Shown piece after piece: positions 1-11,536 of a stretch of 64,000 bases of DNA. The position numbers were made by a program, and so were the translations under genes. Every line of letters begins with the position of its first letter. Positions within the stretch are counted from its first letter, which is position 1. Location of the stretch: contig JABANN010000110.1 in assembly GCA_013115125.1 (NCBI GenBank), positions 1-64,000 on the forward strand. The letters are read 5' to 3'. The notes under the pieces are model-generated. The model ran no database searches, was not told where the DNA came from, and saw nothing but the letters and a program-made list of their open reading frames with translations. Source of the DNA: Perkinsus olseni (taxonomy: Eukaryota).

Positions 1-23
1 TCTAGAGGAGAGGTCGGGGACTA

Positions 24-45
24 ACTGTAGCCATCTTGGCTCAAG
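24..45 (+). other. Genomic relic of the Perkinsus/dinoflagellate-type spliced leader (SL)
   Basis: ACTGTAGCCATCTTGGCTCAAG matches the Perkinsus SL ACCGTAGCCATCTTGGCTCAAG at 21/22 positions. It is followed by TCATG, not a GT donor, so it is not an SL-RNA gene. Confidence 0.85.
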
Positions 46-132
46 TCATGTTGCGTTATCTATAATCTCAACAATGGGCAAGTGAAGGAAGCATCGCAAA
101 AGCCCATCGCAAAGGAGGTGAAGTTCAGAATT

Positions 133-1380
133 ATGTTCAGCAATGTCCTACCTTACCAGTATCATCTACCCGCAGAAATCTGCGCAGCTGTTGCCGCGAC
201 GTGTGGCCTTGCAGTATCATCGAAGCATCTTTGCCGAAAGTAGTGTGGCGGGGGCGGCTGAGTCTCTATCATCTTTTCCCACGATCGTTTTTGCAGCGTG
301 GTGAGCCTGTGCGAGAAGTGGAAGATCCCGAAGGACGTCGCCGGTGCCTCTTTCCTATCAATCGCAACTGCCGGCCCCGAGATCACCGTCAGCGTTGTAG
401 CATCAATGGCAGGCACTCAGCGCGGCACCGTTTTCGCTGTCTGCGTTATGCTCGGTTCCGGAGTCATTGCCTGCCTGCTCATCCCTGGCCTAATGAGTCT
501 GCGATCAACCCAACCTATCGTCCTCCAAGTCGAGCCGTTGTTTCGAGAGGTTCGTTATTACTTCGTTCTAATAGTAATACTGTCTGGCACTACTATCCTG
601 CCGAGCGTGCTCTGGCTGAGGCTTGCAGCCGCGGCCATGGTCGCCGTCTATGCGATCTATGCCCTAACGTTAACCAAGGAGGCGTCCTGTAGTGATGAGG
701 AAGATCCACTACTGTTGATTCCCGATGGTCGCCACCTGGACGATTCAGCCGGGTCGACCTGCTCAGGCTGCACTGCTGTTTCGCACGTGACTATCAGTGG
801 TTTGCCAGACTTGCCAGCAGACGATAATGGCACCGTGATGGCGGTAGCGTCATTCGTGGCTTGGCCGGTGGACGCGTCGCTGAACTCGATATCCCCGGAG
901 GATCACTCCACTCATCAATGGCTTGGCTGCTTTGTCTCAGTCGTTTGGATGAGCACTAGTGCATTCATCCTAACCCGAGTGGTCGACGGCTGGGTCACCG
1001 GTCACCCTGGCTTCGTGGCGATGTTCGTGGTCTCTCTCACAGCTGAGCTTCCAGACATATCCAATGCTCTCCGCCTGGCAAGTATGTCAGAATCTTCCAT
1101 GGCAATGAGTAATGCTTTGGGCGCGCAAGTAGCCAACATCGGTCTCGGACTCGGCCTTGTGTGGACGATACAACCACCGTTATTCCAGGGCCATCCTCTC
1201 TTTCTGCAGGCAGCTCTGGCGGCTCTTCAATGGTCTTTGCTGGCCTTCTTGGCCACGTTCGTGATTTCATGGCGTGTAAACGGAGCGCTTACTCGCGGTT
1301 CCGGTATGGCGCTGTTGATCATGTACAGTTTAGTATTCGTAGCTCTATCGGTAGTCCACTCGCTGGACGTGTCAACATGA
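133..1380 (+). CDS. Sodium/calcium exchanger (CaCA, NCKX-like) family membrane transporter
   Basis: ATG133, one 57-nt GT-AG intron (240-296) that removes an in-frame TAG, then an open frame to 1380. Alpha-1 repeat 'DVAGASFLSIATAGPEI', alpha-2 repeat 'SLTAELPD...AMSNALGAQVANIGLGLG', many hydrophobic segments. Confidence 0.85.
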
Positions 1381-1478
1381 CTATGTACTGCTGTTCGTTA
1401 CGCCAAGGTTGATTTGCAGTGCTTCAATCAGACCTGCTCGGGAGGCTCGAGCGGTGAGTTCGTTGTAGTTCGTGTCCC

Positions 1479-2464
1479 ATGTCTGTACCGTCGGAATCTC
1501 GGTCAACCCGGTCGGGACGGCGGTCGGCCCAAACGCCCGATGGGCCTTCTACCAGCCTCTCCTCGCCGGAGGGTAGCGCAGCTGTCGCCCGCGAGATCCT
1601 CACCTGGGTCCAGTGCGACAAGTGCAAGAAGTGGAGGAGAATCTCTAGCGCAGAACATCTTCCGCAGAGATGGTGAGAAAGCAGCTAGCGGCAAGCGCGC
1701 TCGAGATTTGTCCTAAGGTTCTGTTCCTTGAATCCCAACCCGAGGTATAACAGCTGCGATATCCCTGCTGAGCCCGAGTCTATGGACATGGCCTATACCC
1801 CAGACTCGGAAACCGCGCAGGGTTCTCCGAGTCCATTCACCGCTGCGAGCAGCACCCCCAAGACTGAGCCTGTCGCAGCGGCGGCAACGCCATCGAGAGT
1901 GAGATCACCGTATGTGTTGGCATAGCAGCGACCGTCTTGCTTAGGAGGCGTCGCAGAGTGGGCCTGCAGCGGCTAGGAAGATTTACACGGCCGAATACGA
2001 TCGAGCCCGAGACATGTTACGCAAGCTTTCAGACAAGCAGCTTGAGGACCTCAGTGCCAACTTCGTAGGCGAAACTGACGTGAGGAGTGTGAACAATTGT
2101 GTGTCAGGTGGATTGGCCCGAACTGCTGGAGCTTTTCCGACGAACTCCGCGAGAAGAGCCAGAAGCCGCACCTGGGTGGGCTGTACCGCCGAAGAAGCTT
2201 CCTCGAAGAGGAGAGGCGCAGGCCCGAGCGGATTCGCTCCATGCCGCAGCTCAGGTAATGGTCTATTTCCGTAGTACAAGCGAACCCAGCTATTTCAACT
2301 TTCAGAAGTATCTTCCGCCTCATGTGGCGCGTGAGTGCCCAGCACCGATATCAATGTACGATCGACAGATGCAGGCTAGGAGGATGACACGAGAGAGTGA
2401 AGCCCGACTGGAAGCTGCCAGAGATCGATGCCGACTGAGAAGTCGGGGAAAATCAATGACGTGA
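1479..2464 (+). CDS. CW-type zinc finger protein (multi-exon)
   Basis: Splicing 1673-1717 gives 'WVQCDKCKKWRRI...LPQRWFCSLNPNPRYNSCDIPAE', the zf-CW signature. Two further short GT-AG introns lead to the stop at 2464. Confidence 0.85.
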
Positions 2465-2547
2465 GCCATAATCACGGCTTCGATGTTGAGTTTGTCAATG
2501 CATATCGGATGTGGCCGGTGCGATCCTAGCAGCATTATCGGAATTCA

Positions 2548-3005
2548 ATGAGCCTCGGCACGGTTGACGCCCAGAAGGACGAGTTCCGCAAGTACTTGGA
2601 GAAGACCGGGGTCGTCAGTCAGCTCACTCGCGTTTTGGTGGGCCTCTACGAGGAACCCGATAGGTAACTCCAACACCTCATCGTAGGCTGCACGATCAGC
2701 TATCGTGAGGTCTCCGTCTCCGCTAGCAGCCAAACCGGCAGGCTCGGCTTCCCGTGTTACGTTACCTGTCATGGCTCAGACCATCTGACGGTATAGACTA
2801 CATTAAGAAGTATTTGGGCGCTCCTGCTGGGATCGACGTTGACGAGCTGAGAGCAGAAAATGAGGACCTCAAGAGGAAGAACGCCAACCTCCAGCAGCAG
2901 GTGAGGAAAGAGGCAGGCATCAAACGATACCTCTCTTTCTCATTATATCAGGTCGACGACCTTGTGGCGCAACTAGAGGCTCTGAAGGCGTCAGAGGATG
3001 AATGA
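2548..3005 (+). CDS. MYCBP: c-Myc-binding protein (MYCBP/AMY-1) homologue
   Basis: Three exons (introns 2664-2779, 2901-2951): MSLGTVDAQKDEFRKYLEKTGVVSQLTRVLVGLYEEPDRPSDGIDYIKKYLGAP...ELRAENEDLK, a typical MYCBP sequence plus coiled coil. Confidence 0.88.
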
Positions 3006-3257
3006 GTTTTGCATGGTGTGAAAGATCTGATACACTGCATCATGTTGTGTCCAGCAGTTCTGTGTTACAAGTTGTGAATCGCAAACCCTGAAGAGCGTGA
3101 CGGAATCTGCCACTCACATTTTATACAATGGTCGACATCGCAAGCGCCCTTCCCGGACTCTGCTGCAACACAATGCATCAGGATTGCGTAGACAACACTT
3201 GAACACTAAAGATATAAACTACCGACTTGAGAGCCGGGATGAAAAATTACAGCCTTC

Positions 3258-6200
3258 TTAGGCCTCTGGACGAAGCTGCTTCGCATCATACGCAGGCCAG
3301 TCCTTGACGGGGTTGAAGTAAGCGAAGAGAGGATAAATAAGGTAAAGGATGAAGAGCACCCAAGCCATAACAGATCCCCAGAATTGGGTAGTGCCCTTGT
3401 ACTTCCTCGGGATGTTATTGTTTGTCATGATAACACGGCTGAGACCACTCTTCATATGAATGAAGAAACAAATGACACCGACGAGATAGAAGCATACCCA
3501 ACCGAAACTCTCGAAGATCTTGAAGGCCATCTTGTAGAGATCCTTGAAGTGGATGATGGGGCAGCTCGTGTCGTCATTGGCGCAAGGGAACCAGTTATCA
3601 CGCATCCAGTACTGAGGGCAATTAGCCTCAGAGATAAGACGGAACTGGAGGAGATGTACAATGAGGAAGACAAGAAGAATGCCACCAGAGATAGCCATCT
3701 CCAAGTCACGGACAGACGAGTTCATAGTCTTGAACTTGAATGTACGATCAGTGGCGACAACAACATGCAACAGTCCTGCGAGCAAGAGATAAATCTCAAC
3801 AGGGAGGAACAGTGTGCTCCACGGACAAGGATGGTTTAGGAGGTAGGCATACCCTTCGAAGCTCCTGTCACTGACCAACAGGTTGATGTTACCAAGAGCA
3901 TGAATGGTGACGAAGACCATGATGAAGATGGCAGAACGCTCCAATCCAGACTTATCAGACAGGACCTTGTAATTCTTGATGCTGAAGATGGTCTTGAGAG
4001 TATCAATGACGAACATCCAGATCATGTAACAGAGAGAGATGACATAGGAGGTAACAGAAGGTCCCAATGGTCCGAACATATCAGCCTTGTTGCGATCTTC
4101 ACCCCACCACTGTTCAGTGAGAGCCTTGGACTCGAACTGATCAGCCAGAAGAGGTTGAGCCAAGTCACCACCAGCGGCAGCAGGGCCCGCAGCCTTCTCG
4201 ACAAGTGGGCCAAGAGTAGCATCAGGAGCGTACTTCTCAATGACACCAGCGGGATGAATCATGTTGAACTCCTTAGAGGCATCCTTACCCGCGAAAGTAA
4301 GAATAGCCATCTTTCCACCAGGATGCTTGGGGAGGAAGTCAGTAACATCGAGCACCTCACCATTGATAACAACCCAGCAATCATCCTCGGTCGTATGCTT
4401 CGCCACTTCCTCCATGGTGATACCATTAGCGGGAGCGGAAGCAGCAGGAGCAGCTGCAGGCGTAGAAGCAGCAGTAGTGGGAGCAGGGGCAGGCGTAGAA
4501 GCAGCAGGCGCAGGCGTAGAAGCAGCAGGCGCAGGGGTGGAAGCAGCAGGCGCAGGGGTGGAAGCAGCAGGCGCAGGGGTGGAAGCAGCAGGCGCAGGGG
4601 TGGAAGCAACAGGCGCAGGCGTGGGCTTCGAAGCGGCCGGAGCAGCCGGAGCAGGTGCAGCCTTACCCTCAACAACGGGTCCGAGAATACAGTCGGAAGC
4701 GTACTTCTCAACAACATCCGGAGGATGAATCATATTGAACTCCTTGGAAGCGTCCTTACCCGCGAAGGTCATGATGGCGAGCTTTCCACCAGGATGCTCA
4801 GGAAGGAAGTTGGTGACGTTCAACACCTGACCGTTGAGGGCAACCCAGCAATCACTCTCGGTGTTGTGCTTGGCAACCTCGTCCATAGTATACCCAGACG
4901 CAGCAGCAGGAGCCGGCGTGGATGCAGGCGCAGGAGCCGAAGCAGCCGGAGCAGGTGCAGCCTTGCCCTCGACAACGGGTCCGAGAATACAGTCGGAAGC
5001 GTACTTCTCAACAACATCCGGGGGATGAATCATGTTGAACTCCTTAGAAGCGTCCTTACCCGCGAAGGTCATGATGGCGAGCTTTCCACCAGGATGCTCA
5101 GGGAGGAAGTTAGTGACGTTCAACACCTGACCGTTGAGGGCAACCCAGCAATCACTCTCGGTGTTGTGCTTGGCAACCTCGTCCANNNNNNNNNNNNNNN
5201 NNNNNNNNNNNNNNNNNNNNNNNNNNNNNNNNNNNNNNNNNNNNNNNNNNNNNNNNNNNNNNNNNNNNNNNNNNNNNNNNNNNNNTAGTGTAACCAGACG
5301 TAGCAGGAGCAGGAGCAGCTGCAGGAGCCGAAGCTGGGGCAGCGGCAGGAGCTGAGCCGTTTCCGACCACACCGATGACAGCATCAGGACAGTACTTCTG
5401 GATGATACCAGCAGGATGGATATCGTGGAACGGCGCAGTAGCGTCCTTACCACCATAGTTAAGAATAGAGATATCTCCACCAGGGTGGTCAGGCAAGAAA
5501 CCTGTTACATCCAAGACCTCACCGTCGATGACAACCCAGCATGACTCGCGAGAGTTGTGCTTCGAGATCTCATCCATAGTGTAAGACTTGCGACCATCAG
5601 TAGAAGGGGCGGCTACACTCGGAGCGGCGGCAGCAGTAGTTGCAGGTGCAGCGACAGCGGTTGCCTTGTCAACCAGTGGACCAAGGATAGCATCAGGAGC
5701 ATATTTCTCGACAACATCCGGAGGATGAATCATGTTGAACTCCTTCGTAGCATCCTTACCAGCGAAGGTCATGATGGCGAGCTTTCCACCAGGATGCTCA
5801 GGGAGGAAGTTGGTGACATCCAAGACCTTACCGTTAACAACAACCCAGCAATCACTCTCGGTGTGGTGCTTGGCGACCTCGTCAATAGTGTACCCAGGCA
5901 CAGCGGGAGCAGCTGCAGGAGCCGAAGCTGGGGCAGCGGCAGGAGCCGAGCCGTTTCCGACCACACCGATGACAGCATCAGGACAGTACTTCTGGATGAT
6001 GCCAGCAGGATGGATATCGTGGAACGGCGCAGTAGCGTCCTTACCACCATAGTTGAGAATAGAGATATCTCCACCAGGATGATCGGGCAAGAAACCTGTT
6101 ACATCCAAGACCTCACCGTCGATAACAACCCAGCACGAATCGCGAGAGTTGTGCTTCGAGATCTCGTCCATGGTGTACGACTGACCAGCAGGAGCAGCAG

Positions 6201-7750
6201 GGGTGGCCGGAGCAGACGCCGCTACGGCAGGTGCAGCGGGAGCGGCGGAAGCAGCGGCAGCAGTAGCCTTGTCAACTACTGGACCAATCATGGCATCAGG
6301 GGCGTACTTCTCAACAACGTCCGAAGGATGAATCATGTTGAACTCCTTGCTCGCGTCCTTACCAGCGAAGGTCATGATAGCGAGCTTTCCACCAGGATGC
6401 TCAGGGAGGAAATGGGTGACATTCAACACTTCACCGTTGATGATCACCCAGCAATCATTCTCAGTATGATGCTTCGCCACTTCCTCCTTAGTGTAACCGT
6501 GTGCAGCAGGGGCAGGAGCAGCAGCAGCAGCGACCTTGGCCGGGGCAGACTTCTTGGGTGCACTAGCAGGTGCCTTAGCAAGAGCAGGCAAGGACATACT
6601 CTTCTTAAGACCGAGAAGATCCTCACAAGCATTATCAGCAGTCAGGCGACCGAAGACAACGCAATCGAGAAGAGAGTTGCCACCCAAACGGTTGTTGCCG
6701 TGGACACCTCCCATGACCTCACCAGCAGCATAAAGGCCGCGGATTGGCTTCTTCGTCTCCTTGCTGATGACGCGACCAGCGGTATCAATCTTGAGACCAC
6801 CCATACAGTAGTGCACAAGGGGAGTGACAATAGCGACGTTGTAGTGGTCGTCCATCTGGAAGTCGTAGTTCTTGAAGAACTTCTTGCCGAACTTATCGAA
6901 GGTCTTGCCGGTAGGATAAGCATCATANNNNNNNNNNNNNNNNNNNNNNNNNNNNNNNNNNNNNNNNNNNNNNNNNNNNNNNNNNNNNNNNNNNNNNNNN
7001 NNNNNNNNNNNNNNNNNNNNNNTCAGCGCCAGCGTTAACACCCATCTTGATGCCATCACCAGTGCAATGCTCACCGTTGGTAGTTGACAACTTGAGCAAG
7101 TCGGGACGATACTTGGCGAGGAGACCATCCTTAGTGAAATCAGCACCGTAACCACCGGTGGCGAGGACTACAGGACCATAAACCTTATGTGATTCACCAT
7201 CGTGAGTGGTGTACGTAACACCAATAACATCACCAGCCTTGTTGGTGATCAGCTCGGTTGCACGAGCCTTGTTGATAATCTTACACCTATCAGGCAGGGC
7301 CTTGGAGATAGCCTCGGCCATCTGCATCTCGGCGTAGGTGATGGTCATACCAGGGAAACGCTCCTTACCACGATGGGTACGCTCAACAGAGTGACCACCC
7401 ATGCGAGCAAGAAGGGAAAGATCGAGATCGAAGTTGTCCATGAGCCAGTTGACAGAGGGGCCGGAATGCTCAACCATAGTCTTGATGAGCTCAGGACTCT
7501 TGGAGCCACCCTTCATGCAATCGAACTCGAACACCTCGTTGGAGTCCTTAACGCCGAGTCTCTTTTGGGTTCTGGTGCACGAACCGTTGATACCAGAAGT
7601 GGCCTTGGAGGAGTTCCCACCGCAGAATGCTGATTTATCAATAAGCAGTACGCTTCCACCATGTTCTAAAATACTATTAGCAGCAGAGAAACCTGCAAGG
7701 CCGCCACCAACCACGATAACTTGATTGGCCGGGGTTTCCGTCGAGGACAT
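3258..7750 (-). CDS. Fusion protein: Osm1/flavocytochrome-c-type fumarate reductase + at least 7 cytochrome b5 domains + cytochrome b558 (SdhC/FrdC-like) membrane domain
   Basis: N-terminal '[10 protein letters not shown]...[13 protein letters not shown]', '[14 protein letters not shown]', 'VHYCMGG', '[31 protein letters not shown]'. Seven b5 domains with HPGG and a second heme His. C-terminal TM domain with 'TIHALGN', 'LLHVVVA', 'IVHLLQF', 'FIHMKSG'. Interrupted only by N gaps; continuity across the gaps is inferred. Confidence 0.85.
4485..4620 (-). repeat. 21-bp coding minisatellite encoding an (ASTPAPA)n linker
   Basis: Tandem units such as agcagcaggcgcaggggtgga between the last two b5 domains. 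Confidence 0.85.
5186..5285. other. Assembly gap (100 N) inside the b5 array
   Basis: Run of N between 'SGYT' and 'DEVAKH', both parts of a b5 domain start; probably a collapsed repeat. Confidence 0.95.
6928..7022. other. Assembly gap (95 N) inside the flavoprotein domain
   Basis: Run of N where the capping domain of this family (QxHPT and ExxRG motifs) should lie; the real gap is probably longer than 95 nt. Confidence 0.9.
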
Positions 7751-8880
7751 AGGTTGCAGGAGAAAAAAACTGAGCAAACGACGTAGGACTCGATCTGAAC
7801 AACCACAGCAATAGAGCGACAAGTCAATATAAGACTGACGTTCACATTTTACGTCTCAGGGTTTACATAAGCTGGCCACATATTTAGCTCGATGGAAGCT
7901 TTGACACAAGCTGTCCCCTGCAGAAGATAAGATATCACCTCCGAATCACCCCGCTGCTGTTTAGCCGCGGATCGTTCACGGCATCGTCGGCAAGCCCTAC
8001 CAAATCGACAGTCTCAATTCGCTGTGTCGTCTCCCGGTCAAGCAGTGCGGTACAAGAACCGAACCAACTTTGCGTCATCGTATTGCTGTGTATCTCCTGG
8101 ATAAATGGTGGATGTTTAAGGACTCTCGCGCGGCAGCTTCGAGATTCAAGGTAGAAGATTCACTAGAAGTGCGACAGAACTCATCGGAGGGGTTCAACAG
8201 TGAAGTCCGTTAGGCTCGTGGAATACACCCGCTACAGCGGCAGCCCCCCGGCACTACAACTTCAACACAAAACTGCGTGTCGCCGTTTCGCTGATTCACA
8301 GCGTCGGCCAGCTAAGCCATGATCCGCTCGCTAATTTCAGAGTCGTCTAGTGATCATCCATTCATGCATGGATCCAAACATCACAAGCACCAGTCACGCT
8401 ACGCTACACATGCAGCCTGCATATGCCTTCTCAAGCTTCCAGTGAGAGCTTCACGTTCGCTTCGTTTAGGTGGGTCGGAAGTGGCTCCAAGCAGAGCTCA
8501 TCAGGGAACTAAGAGCAAAGGGAGTACCGGCAGCGAGACTACTAAGGGAGAGCAACCCTGGTGGCATCCTGCTGAGAGCAGTCGGCGGTGGTGACTACTA
8601 AATCGTCATGCAACCGAGAAGGCTTGCGATGTCTCTCGACGAGGGCAAGAGCCCGCCGCTTGTGTAGCTAGTCGACCAGTGTAAAAGACTCGCCAGAAGC
8701 TCATAAGATGACGATTGTCTTAGGCCGTTAAGAGATCGCAAGAGGGTGAAAGAAGATCAAGAGACAATCTGAGGTCGGGTGTACGCAAGACATCAACTCG
8801 CAAAGATAATTGCAATATTGGAGCTTCGGTGCGGTGGAATGATCGGTGAATTGGCTAGGTGCGTCTATCTCATGGTTCAA

Positions 8881-8930
8881 CCTAAGATTCAAAAAGATAC
8901 CCCAAGATTCCAGAAGATACTCTAAGATTC
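8881..8930 (+). repeat. Five AAGAT(T/A)C motifs at exact 10-bp spacing (about 2.5 copies of a 20-bp unit)
   Basis: AAGAT starts at 8884, 8894, 8904, 8914 and 8924, alternating TC/AC endings. Confidence 0.75.
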
Positions 8931-9041
8931 CACGGAGGTTGATCCGTGCAAGATTCGAAATAGGTCAAGACGGGTGATACCTAAAAGGGCGTTCCTCGGT
9001 GCAGTCTCGAAACCTCGTAGAATTTGGGGTTCTTCCATCCA

Positions 9042-11382
9042 ATGGACTCCTCCGACTCTTCCCGAGCCCCTACCCGGGCGCCTAGGAGCAGAACAGCGGT
9101 CCCTGAATCTACCCGACCCGCTCCTCCCCGCAAGCCTCCACCAGAATTGCCGGCCCACCATAAAGAGCAACACGCTGCGAACAGGGGGTTGACATATCAG
9201 GAAGGACAGCAGGTGAGGCTTTCGCTGTTTCTTCTTGCATCTCACTCGTCAGGTACAAGCCTTCATCTGTCAAGTGCCGGAGAGCGACTATGACCCCGAT
9301 ATGGGTTGGATGATGGTGGGCAGCCGCGTCGAAGGGCAGGTCTCTCCGCGGCTAGGGATGACCGATGGCTGGGTCGACGCAACTATTGTTGCCGATTTCG
9401 ATAGGAGCAAGTCGGAAGCGGTACGCACCCTATGCACATAGGTGATTATTCTGATAGGTATCGTTCGGACTTGAGAGAGACCTGGCCGGTGGTGGAATAC
9501 TCCCACACTCTCTGGGCGGACGGCCGAGGGGCTATGTTGGACGGAAGCAAGGTCTACAACCTTCGTCAATCCATCAAGATGGAGCATATCAGACTTCCGA
9601 CGCCGGTAGGTTGCTGCTCTATCCGATCTCCGAGATACCGGGTTGGTTCGCGGCTAGAAGATCTCCGTTTACGACAGTGGTGCCCCGTGTGGCTACTCAC
9701 CCTCGGTCAGAGTGAATGGTGAGACTACTGAGAGTTGTTGGGCATGCATAGCTCTTGCGGCCGAACATTGAATTCGTCCTTCAGGAGCGCCGTCCCCCAA
9801 GCCTCAGTCTACTCATCGTTCGTTATGGAGATGGTACCCGAAGAGTTGATACCAGATTCGACATGGCTGTCACCGACGAGCTTATAACTGATCTCATGAG
9901 AGATGGTATCTACGCTACGTAATACAGAGGAGGGTCCACAACTCAAAGAGAGTCGCTAATGAACATGCTACGAGCCAGCCACAGTACAAAGCCCAACAGC
10001 TGGCAATCAGCCCACGAGCGCACCCATTCATGGGTCAGCATACTCCTGTCCCCGCGGAGTCGCCCCAGCGTCGTCGAGAAGAGAATGTGGACTTGCTCTG
10101 TAGATACGGAACCGATTACGAATGCTGGTGTGCGTTTGTTCGCCATACGTCTGACCTACCGAGAATCTCAGAGGCTTGGGCGCGAGCTGCTTTGACGAGG
10201 TCTGGATGCAGCAATCTCGCGGCGATGTACTTCCTTTGGGGAGCGGTACATGGCGACCATAAGCCCGGCTATGTGGAGTACTCTGCTCTGTTCGATCTCA
10301 TGCAGAGACTCGAGTGTGTAGGGATACCGACGCGGTGGCCTAACCCCGTATCTCTCTACCGAGTGCTTAGCAGCAAGTCCTGGCAAGCCTCTTTGGCGAC
10401 TAACACGTCACTAAGGATACCCCCGACTACGACGATACAACGAGCCGATTTCATGCAAGACCCCACGGGGACGTGCCGTAAGGCCCTTCGAGCCCTTCAA
10501 ATACAGGCCAGTGTATTATGGAACAACACGCGCTCACTCTCGGTGTACTCGGAACGAGGAGTGGTTAAAATCGGGTACTCGTGGATGGCAGAAGGGGTGA
10601 AAGCCTTCTACGGCATCACCGACTTGGAGGTGAAGACGAGGGCGCTGTGGGAATCGCTGCCTAACAACGAGTCGACGTTAATGTTGCAGCACAGAATTGA
10701 GGACATAGTTACGGAGCCCAGGGTGTTCGTCTTCAACGGGAAGGTGGAGCACATACGGTATACTGAGTACGTTAATGAGGAGACCGGGTCTGGGCGATTC
10801 AGACAGTTTCGAACCTTCAGCAGTCGGGATGCTACCTACAGGTATTTCAATGGGGATCACAAGACCCGTCTTGTGATCGAGGGCAGGATTAGGGAACTCG
10901 TGGAGCAGTGGATGCTGTGGATTAATACTGCGGTCGGCTGTACCGTACCCTGCTTCGTGAGGCTCGACTTTCTCGTCTCGAAAGCTAAGCCGGGCAGCAC
11001 TACGGCAGTCGGTGGGGTTTCGAAGAGGCAGCAAGCTTCTCGCGGGACTGAAATTACGACTGGTTGTTCCGATGGTGATGACGACGACGAAGAGGATGAT
11101 TGGTATGCTGAGGAGAGCTCAGACGATGAGCTTGGTGCTTCGGACTCTGAGCCGGTATCGCCCTCCGGCTCTTACGTTAGTGCCGACTCTGGTGATGGAG
11201 TTGTGTCTTTGGACGACGACACTGACTTTGGGTACGAGGTGTGGACAGGAGAAGTTGGCGAGATTGGCTCGTCTATGGTGGGATATCGGGATGGTCGTCA
11301 ACGTTTTTTCGAATGTATGGCCAAGTCGTGCCTGCCGGATGTTGGGAAGCCGTCGCGGCCTGCAGGACTTCCCAAGGTCTGA
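9042..11382 (+). CDS. Uncharacterised ATP-grasp-like protein (multi-exon)
   Basis: Short 5' exons from ATG9042, then a long terminal exon with 'GVVKIGYSW', 'LMLQHRI', 'EPRVFVFNGK', 'FVRLDFLV', 'VWTGEVGEIG', ordered as in ATP-grasp ligases, plus an acidic insertion. Confidence 0.6.
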
Positions 11383-11536
11383 TCACTAGACGATTCGCTG
11401 ATTTTCTGTCCTTCTGAGTTGAGAAGGTTGGCCTTGTGTTGAGCCGGGCTTCACACATATTCGCAGATTCTCGTCATAATCGTTCCAATGGTGTCACTCA
11501 GTTGCTCGATTGAAACACTTTATGTCAGACAATTGA

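Noticed and set aside
24-130. SL RNA gene
   Set aside because: No GT donor immediately after the SL 3' end and no array context; treated as a relic.
238-297. In-frame TAG in the exchanger gene as a pseudogene or readthrough signal
   Set aside because: Cleanly removed by a 57-nt GT-AG intron.
3900-7038. Long plus-strand ORFs (3900-5288, 5557-7038) with Arg/Ser repeats
   Set aside because: Antisense shadows of the codon-biased, repetitive minus-strand fusion gene.
5152-7155. Apparent frameshifts splitting the fusion gene into three ORFs
   Set aside because: The frame changes coincide exactly with N gaps of arbitrary length, so they are not evidence of pseudogenisation or recoding.
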